DNA of 64,000 nt from Terrimicrobiaceae bacterium (GTDB taxonomy: Bacteria > Verrucomicrobiota > Verrucomicrobiia > Chthoniobacterales > Terrimicrobiaceae), in contig JBGSVZ010000066.1 of assembly GCA_041752695.1 (NCBI GenBank), positions 32,001 to 96,000 of the forward strand. The letters run 5' to 3'. The position numbers were made by a program, and so were the translations under genes. Each line of letters starts with the position of its first letter. Positions within the stretch are counted from its first letter, which is position 1. The notes under the pieces were generated by a model that saw only the letters and a list, made by a program, of their open reading frames with translations, did not search any database and was not told the origin of the DNA. Positions 58,324 to 64,000 of the stretch are shown here, one piece after another.

Positions 58324-59088
58324 ATGAGACGAATGGAACGCCAGCGCGCGATCGTCGCTCTGGTCGAGCGCCAGGGCGACCTGACCGTTGAAGAGGCCTG
58401 CCGCATCCTCGGGATTTCCGAGGCCACCGCACGTCGGGATTTTGTGCAGCTCACGGGACGGGGAGTCCTGGAAAAAACCTGGGGGGGCGTCCGGAAATCG
58501 GCCTCGCCGGCTCCCGGGGACATGGTGCCCAGCGGTCTGCGCGAGGAACTGCATCCGCTCGAAAAAGAACACATCGCACGGAAGGCCTGTGAGTTCATTG
58601 AAGACGGAGATGTTTTGGTGATCGACGGCGGAACCACGACACTCTGCATGGCGCAGCATCTGGCCAACCGTCCGGTGCGGATCCTGACTAATTCCATTCT
58701 CATCGCCCACCGGATCGACCGCCTCCGTTCGCACCCCAATGGCGCGGAAGTCTTCCTCACCGGGGGTTTTCTCTATCCGGGTTCCGGCCTCCTCGTCGGA
58801 CCCGAAGCGGTGCGCAGCATCGCGGCTTACCATGCCCGCTGGGCATTTTTATCTGTGGGTGGACTCGATGAAAAAGGCGCGACCAACACCAACCACCTTG
58901 TCGTGGAAAGCGAGCGGGCGATCCTCGGGATTGCCGAGTCTGTGGTTGTGCTCGCCGACAGCTCCAAATGGCAGTGTCGGGAAATGGCAAGGGCTTTCTC
59001 GTGGGAGGAAGTCACAACCCTGGTGACCGAATGCCGGCCTCCCAAAAACACCCGCCTCGGGAAAAAAGTCGTCATCGCCGGTCTTTGA
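58324..59088 (+). CDS. DeoR/GlpR family transcriptional regulator
   Basis: ISEATARRDF HTH, IDGGTT, LTNS, LADSSK. Confidence 0.93.
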   Translation: MRRMERQRAIVALVERQGDLTVEEACRILGISEATARRDFVQLTGRGVLEKTWGGVRKSASPAPGDMVPSGLREELHPLEKEHIARKACEFIEDGDVLVIDGGTTTLCMAQHLANRPVRILTNSILIAHRIDRLRSHPNGAEVFLTGGFLYPGSGLLVGPEAVRSIAAYHARWAFLSVGGLDEKGATNTNHLVVESERAILGIAESVVVLADSSKWQCREMARAFSWEEVTTLVTECRPPKNTRLGKKVVIAGL

Positions 59089-59152
59089 CCGGAGAAATCT
59101 CTCCTCAGCCTGTCTGGAATTTCTGAGCGGGTGGGAATCGTTAGCCCAGTCC

Positions 59153-59908
59153 CTAATCGAGGGGAAACTCCGTGAACCGGTATTGTGGTACCCATCCGAG
59201 TCTGGTCATCGTGTGGCTGATGTCTGCCCGCTGCTCGGCCCCCGGGCCGGCCATCAGATAGAATGCTTCGCAACCCAGATCTTTCAGGGCAAACGCCGCC
59301 ATTGCCGCGGCCCCGATGTCGCGGGGATCGATAAACTGCCAGTTCACGCTGGGACGTCTCAGGCCGTATTTATCCTCGAGCGTATCCCCCATGCTGATGT
59401 AGGCGGGGCGCAGCATGGCGACCTCCAAACCGTGTTGGGAATGATAAAATTGCGCGGTCTCCTCCTGCAGCGCCTTTGTCAGCCCGTAGATCGAATCCGG
59501 ACTGGCCGGCAAATCCGTGGAAAGAAATCTCCCTGCCGTCACGGCCTGCTGCACAACCGCGACGCTGGAAATTAGCACCACGCGCTTCACTCCCTTCCGC
59601 ACTGCCGCATCCAGAAGCAGCGCGGTCCCGCCGACATTGATTTCAAAGGGCACCTTGGTGCTGTCGTAAATGCCGGGAGCCCGCGGGGCCATGTGGGAGA
59701 TCACGAGTCCGCCCATCCCTTCCAGACTGCCGTCGATCTGCTCGGCGTCGGTCACAGATCCCTCACGGAACGCTTCGTCACCTCCCGGATTTCTCACGTC
59801 GAACGCAACTACGGGATAACGCGATCGCAGCACGCCTACCAAATGGCTGCCCAAAAAACCGCAGCCGCCGGTGACAAGGATTCGGGAATCGGAAGAAAGA
59901 GCGGGCAT
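59153..59908 (-). CDS. NAD-dependent epimerase/dehydratase (extended SDR)
   Basis: VTGGCGFLG, ISS, YGLTK. Confidence 0.88.
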   Translation of the reverse strand: MPALSSDSRILVTGGCGFLGSHLVGVLRSRYPVVAFDVRNPGGDEAFREGSVTDAEQIDGSLEGMGGLVISHMAPRAPGIYDSTKVPFEINVGGTALLLDAAVRKGVKRVVLISSVAVVQQAVTAGRFLSTDLPASPDSIYGLTKALQEETAQFYHSQHGLEVAMLRPAYISMGDTLEDKYGLRRPSVNWQFIDPRDIGAAAMAAFALKDLGCEAFYLMAGPGAEQRADISHTMTRLGWVPQYRFTEFPLD

Positions 59909-59949
59909 AACTATGTTTCGCAGGAGGGTTGAAAATCGTCAAATCCGTA

Positions 59950-59963
59950 ATCAATGATGTGAT
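59950..59963. promoter_or_regulatory. Regulon operator site 9 (ATCAATGATGTGAT)
   Basis: Variant of the 14-mer, 41 nt before ATG 59908. Confidence 0.6.
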
Positions 59964-59981
59964 TGCAGGTCGCGCGGGGGA

Positions 59982-61637
59982 TCAGTCCGTATCCGTCCGA
60001 AAAGGGAAAGCCGGCAAACCGGCACTACTGTAAAGATTGACGACCGGGCTCATCTGCCAACCGTAGCGCACGAAGGCGGGATCGGGAATCGCCTCGCTCC
60101 AGACGAGCACCTTGTCGGTGCCTTCGATAGCGGCCTTGGCAGCGACGAACTTTTTGTCCTTTCCGGCGATGGCAAAGCCATGAAGTTCGTCGGTCGGTGG
60201 TTGCGGGGTCAGCGAGGATTTCGGCGGCTGCCCGATTTTCAGTCCGTCACCCGCATGGCGGAAAGCGATCTGGATTTTGTTCCCGGTCACCGTTGCGCTT
60301 TCGATAATCGGACCGCCGTAATCGACGTTCTCTCCATAGGCGAAATGGCCGGCGGCGAGCGCGAGGCGGAGGGCAATATTTTCTTTTTCGTCGGGGTGCA
60401 GGTTCCGATTTTCGTCGGGGGAATTCGTGCTGCCCAGGTCGATGGTGGGAATCAGGCCAGTATTAGGGACGGCCTGGTGGGCTTTCATCTGCCTGTCGCG
60501 GACGGTGGCCCAACCGATTACGGGCTCGGCGGCATCCTTCTGTTGTTTGCTCTTGTTCGGCAATTGAACGATCAGGAAGGGGAAGTCGCCGATTTGCCAG
60601 CGCTTCCGCCAGTCCGTGATGAGGGCGGCGAGAAGTTTGTCGTAAAGAGGATCGTTGGCGTTCGATTCGCCCTGATACCACAGCGCGCCGCGGATGGGAA
60701 AATTGACGAGGGGGTTGATTTTCGCATTAAAAAGCACGGTGGGGAAGGTGGTCTGGGCCGTGAAATACGGGGGCTCGGGCTTGGGCTGAGCCGGCGCCGG
60801 CCGGTCGAAGGGTTCGTTCTTCTTCAGGGCCGCAAAGCGGTCCATATACCATTGTTTCCGGTCTTTCTCATATTGTGCCCCGCCTTCCGCGAGCCATTGG
60901 TCATGGGCGGCTTTGGCGGCCTCGGGCTGTTCGAAAATTGCCGCGACTGGCTGGAGGTAGGCTTTCTGGAGGTCAGGATTCTCCGCGAGCGCTTCCCGGC
61001 TCAACCACACTTCCGCCTTTGAAGCGCCAAGATTCGCCCCGATCAGGCCGACCGGAACTTTTTGGGACTGCAAGATGTCCCGGCCAAAATAATAGCCGAC
61101 GGCGGAGAAGGATTTGGCGGATTCGGGGGCACAGACCACCCACCGACCCTTGCAGTCGGGCAGGGGAACACCCGACGACTCGTGCGCGATTTGAAAGAAA
61201 CGCATTTGCGGCCGGTTGGCCTCGGCAAGCTCCCCGGACGCCCCCTGACATTCGCCAAGCGGGAAGGCCATGTTCGACTGTCCGGAGCAGACCCAGACGT
61301 CGCCGACCAAAACATCGCGCACCGTGATCGTGTCCACTCCGTCGCTCACCACCAGCTCGACCGGACTTCCCGAGGCGGAAACTTTGCCTGTCGTCGCTGA
61401 CCATGCGCCGTTCCCATCGGACTGGGCGGTGGCGGTGACCTGGCCGAGAGCGACATTCACGGTTGTCCCGGGTTTTGCCCAACCCCAGACGCGCAGGGGA
61501 ACATCCCGCTGGATGACCATATGATCGCTCAGGATCGAAGGCAGCTTGAGCTTCGACGAAGGTTCTTGGGAATGGGCGGCAACCACCATGAGAAGCAGGG
61601 CGGAAATCAGGGCGAGAGAGCGCGTGGGAATGTTCAT
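59982..61637 (-). CDS. Sialate O-acetylesterase family (SASA) carbohydrate esterase, secreted
   Basis: DHMVIQR, GDVWVCSGQSNM, FSAVGYYF, LWYQGESN, VQLP, LHP, VRYGW, PAFPFRTD. Confidence 0.92.
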   Translation of the reverse strand: MNIPTRSLALISALLLMVVAAHSQEPSSKLKLPSILSDHMVIQRDVPLRVWGWAKPGTTVNVALGQVTATAQSDGNGAWSATTGKVSASGSPVELVVSDGVDTITVRDVLVGDVWVCSGQSNMAFPLGECQGASGELAEANRPQMRFFQIAHESSGVPLPDCKGRWVVCAPESAKSFSAVGYYFGRDILQSQKVPVGLIGANLGASKAEVWLSREALAENPDLQKAYLQPVAAIFEQPEAAKAAHDQWLAEGGAQYEKDRKQWYMDRFAALKKNEPFDRPAPAQPKPEPPYFTAQTTFPTVLFNAKINPLVNFPIRGALWYQGESNANDPLYDKLLAALITDWRKRWQIGDFPFLIVQLPNKSKQQKDAAEPVIGWATVRDRQMKAHQAVPNTGLIPTIDLGSTNSPDENRNLHPDEKENIALRLALAAGHFAYGENVDYGGPIIESATVTGNKIQIAFRHAGDGLKIGQPPKSSLTPQPPTDELHGFAIAGKDKKFVAAKAAIEGTDKVLVWSEAIPDPAFVRYGWQMSPVVNLYSSAGLPAFPFRTDTD

Positions 61638-61683
61638 AAAATATTCAAAATGGTCTGGAGACTAGATGCCAAGCCGCCATCGT

Positions 61684-64000
61684 CTAAGCTGGGCTCGCCT
61701 TCCCGGTATCCATCGCGGAAACGGGGATTTCACAATAGATCGCCACTTTTTTTCTTCCCAAAGTTTTAGAACTAGGGATCAGATCGCCTGCGAGCACATT
61801 TCCATCCAACTCGATCCGGGGTGCGGAGCCTCGCCGGATATGGATTTCGTATTCCACGCCACGAAACGGGCGGGTGATCCGCGCTTCGTTCCATTGGGAG
61901 GGGAGTTTGGGACGAAGATAAAACCCTTCCAAAGTGCGCTCGATGCCAAAGAGCTGATTGACCGTATTAAGAAAATTCCACGATACCGTGCCGGTCCGCC
62001 AGGGATCGTCCGAGACATGCAAACTCATCCGCTGGGCAGCTGGCCCGACATAACCATTAGCCTGCGCGTACGGTTCCGATTTTTCAGCCGACGGCAAAAT
62101 CCGTTTAAGCGTGTCGTAGGCTTTGTCGTTTCTTCCGGCCGTAAAATCCGCCGCGATCTTGAAGCTGGCGGCGTGGCAATAGACATTCCCGTTGGTGAAG
62201 AATCCGGCGGGAGTTCCGCTGAGCTGGCCGATGCCGTAATTGTATTCGGTGAAGGGCGGCCAGTTATGCACCGGCCCGACCGGTGTCTCCATGAAGGTTT
62301 CGAGGTGCTCCGCGATTCCGAGATACGTCTCCGCGTCGATCACCCCGGAGAGCAGCGCCCATGATTGGGGATTTAAAAAGCAACTGCCCTCAGAGGAGGA
62401 GCTGGAGCCAATCTTTTCGCCATCATCATTGATCGCATAGATAAAATGTTTCCCGTCCCAGCCATATTTCCAGATCGATTCCGAGAGTTCTTCGTGCCGC
62501 TGCTGACAGAGGTTTTCGAGAGCTTGATCTCCCCGCCAGGCCGCCAGTTGCTTCATCACCTTGAGCACACGGGCCAGCGCGAAGCTCATCCAGACCCCTT
62601 CGCCTTTTCCCTGGGGGCCCGCCTTATCAATCAAATCGTTCCAGTCCCCGCAGTGGATCAGACTTAGGCCGTGGCTTCCGCGGTCATTCCAAAGAAATTC
62701 CATCGCCTTCAAGTTGTGTCCCCAGATCGTGTCTTCCCCTTTATCCGAGTATGCGACGACCTCTTCCAGTAAGCCGAGATCGCCGGTCTCGCGAACCAGG
62801 GCATCGGTGGCCATGCTGATCCAGGAGGGAGAGTCAGCGTAATGTTTGTCAGCGGCAGCGATGTCCATGCTGGCAACGCGGAACGCGCGCGGACAAAAGC
62901 CGTCACTCCGCTGATTGCGCAGGGCCTTTTTGAACATTTCCAGCGCGCGGGCGGGATCCACGAGGCTCATCCCCGCGGAGTCCTGGCAGGTATCCCGATA
63001 TCCCTTGAAATAAAAGCGCGCCCAATCCGCCATGAGGTGGAGTTGGTGTTTGAGCCAGGTGTTGTGCAGATGGTTGAATGCGACGTCGGGAGTTTCGATG
63101 TTTAGGGCACCAAGCCGCACGCGATTCGCCTGCTTCATCGCGGCAAATTCTGTTTCGATTTGATCGCCATCCCTGAAGCCATCGCGCATCCGCCGTGCGT
63201 CGTGAACGTCCACCACCAGCCCCAAAACGTAGTGGATTGTCCGGGCATCCCCAGCGTCCAACTTCAGATCGTGCTGCATCGCGCCAACGAGAAACTCCAC
63301 GCTTGCCACACTGTTTCCAAGCTCTCCCAGCACCACCCGCTCAGGGCGGCTGAAGCTGCGATTTTTCCCGAGAAAAAACTCGCGGCTCGTATCCCAGCGG
63401 TCGGGTGGCACGTCGGCATACATAAACGCGCGGTATTTCTTATCCACGACCGTGTGCGTCATGTTTTTGAAAAATAGGAACTCGTCCTCCCGCTCATATT
63501 TCCCGCTAATTCCGCCAAAATACCCGTAAGGCATATTCACGCCATCGAGCATGATGTTCGTAACGGCAAAGAGGGAGAGCTCGCGGCTCCTGGCGCTTTC
63601 GTTCACCACGTGGACGGTCCATATTTCGGCCGATTCTTCACGTGGGACAAAAAGCCGGAACTCGATCCGAACTCCGTGGTGGAGGGTTCGCAGCACGGAG
63701 TACCCCAGGCCGTGCCGACATTCGAACTCCTCCATCTCCGTCCAGCAGGGAAAATATCCGGCGCTCCAGAACTCCCCTGTTTCGTTGTCTCGCAAATAAA
63801 GCCACCGGGGATCGTCGCGCATGTCCTGCTTGCCGAACAGGTTCGTCACCACGCCAGAGTCCTCCTGGTAGAGCGAGAAGCCGTTCATGTTCTGCCCCGC
63901 GCAGGCCAGATAGGTCGGATTCCAGAAAAAGTTGAACCAATCTCGCGGGGGATGGGGCGCCGTCACCACGTACTCCAGGCCGTCCGCGGTGAAATGTCCA
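61684..64000 (-). CDS. GH94 family glycoside phosphorylase (start lies beyond the window end)
   Basis: GHFTADGLEYVV, YLRD...FWS, CRHGLGYS, GYRDTCQD, GDWND, LNPQSWA, NG.VYCH, TGTVSW. Confidence 0.88.
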   Translation of the reverse strand, partial: GHFTADGLEYVVTAPHPPRDWFNFFWNPTYLACAGQNMNGFSLYQEDSGVVTNLFGKQDMRDDPRWLYLRDNETGEFWSAGYFPCWTEMEEFECRHGLGYSVLRTLHHGVRIEFRLFVPREESAEIWTVHVVNESARSRELSLFAVTNIMLDGVNMPYGYFGGISGKYEREDEFLFFKNMTHTVVDKKYRAFMYADVPPDRWDTSREFFLGKNRSFSRPERVVLGELGNSVASVEFLVGAMQHDLKLDAGDARTIHYVLGLVVDVHDARRMRDGFRDGDQIETEFAAMKQANRVRLGALNIETPDVAFNHLHNTWLKHQLHLMADWARFYFKGYRDTCQDSAGMSLVDPARALEMFKKALRNQRSDGFCPRAFRVASMDIAAADKHYADSPSWISMATDALVRETGDLGLLEEVVAYSDKGEDTIWGHNLKAMEFLWNDRGSHGLSLIHCGDWNDLIDKAGPQGKGEGVWMSFALARVLKVMKQLAAWRGDQALENLCQQRHEELSESIWKYGWDGKHFIYAINDDGEKIGSSSSSEGSCFLNPQSWALLSGVIDAETYLGIAEHLETFMETPVGPVHNWPPFTEYNYGIGQLSGTPAGFFTNGNVYCHAASFKIAADFTAGRNDKAYDTLKRILPSAEKSEPYAQANGYVGPAAQRMSLHVSDDPWRTGTVSWNFLNTVNQLFGIERTLEGFYLRPKLPSQWNEARITRPFRGVEYEIHIRRGSAPRIELDGNVLAGDLIPSSKTLGRKKVAIYCEIPVSAMDTGKASPA

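Noticed and set aside
1..64000. CRISPR arrays, tRNA/rRNA, transposases, integrases, prophage
   Set aside because: No regularly spaced repeats, tRNA-like sequences or mobile-element motifs seen by eye; a tRNAscan/Infernal run would be needed to exclude them fully.

Overview
GC-rich bacterial DNA. Verru_Chthon pilin-like cassette genes plus a PEP-CTERM protein point to Verrucomicrobiota (Chthoniobacter/Terrimicrobium-like; inferred). Bases 1-24.7 kb hold envelope, lipid and stress genes: a methyltransferase-like / double-patatin / lipase / fatty-acid desaturase cluster, PhyH with AraC, uppS, mlaEFDCA, an ECF42 sigma operon, GT87, a KS with a KS-like partner, and a MATE pump. From 24.9 kb to the window end lies a ~39 kb carbohydrate-utilisation locus: two heparinase II/III-like lyase paralogs, two beta-helix proteins, GH78, an MGH1/GH63-like hydrolase, GH94, an O-acetylesterase, LacI, and a DeoR-linked rare-sugar catabolic block. 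No TonB/SusCD or ABC sugar transporter is visible in it. Instead it has a PEP-CTERM surface protein and the four-gene Verru_Chthon B-C-A-D cassette at its centre. Main result from reading the raw sequence: a 14-bp quasi-palindrome (ATCWCA-SG-ATT/TGW-GAT) recurs at nine intergenic sites ahead of both CAZyme and pilin-cassette genes. This suggests one sugar-responsive, probably LacI-controlled regulon, i.e. a pilin-based PUL analogue. Also found: a desaturase missing from the ORF track, a frameshifted CBM-like gene and a candidate ~60-nt sRNA. All assignments come from motif reading, not database searches.
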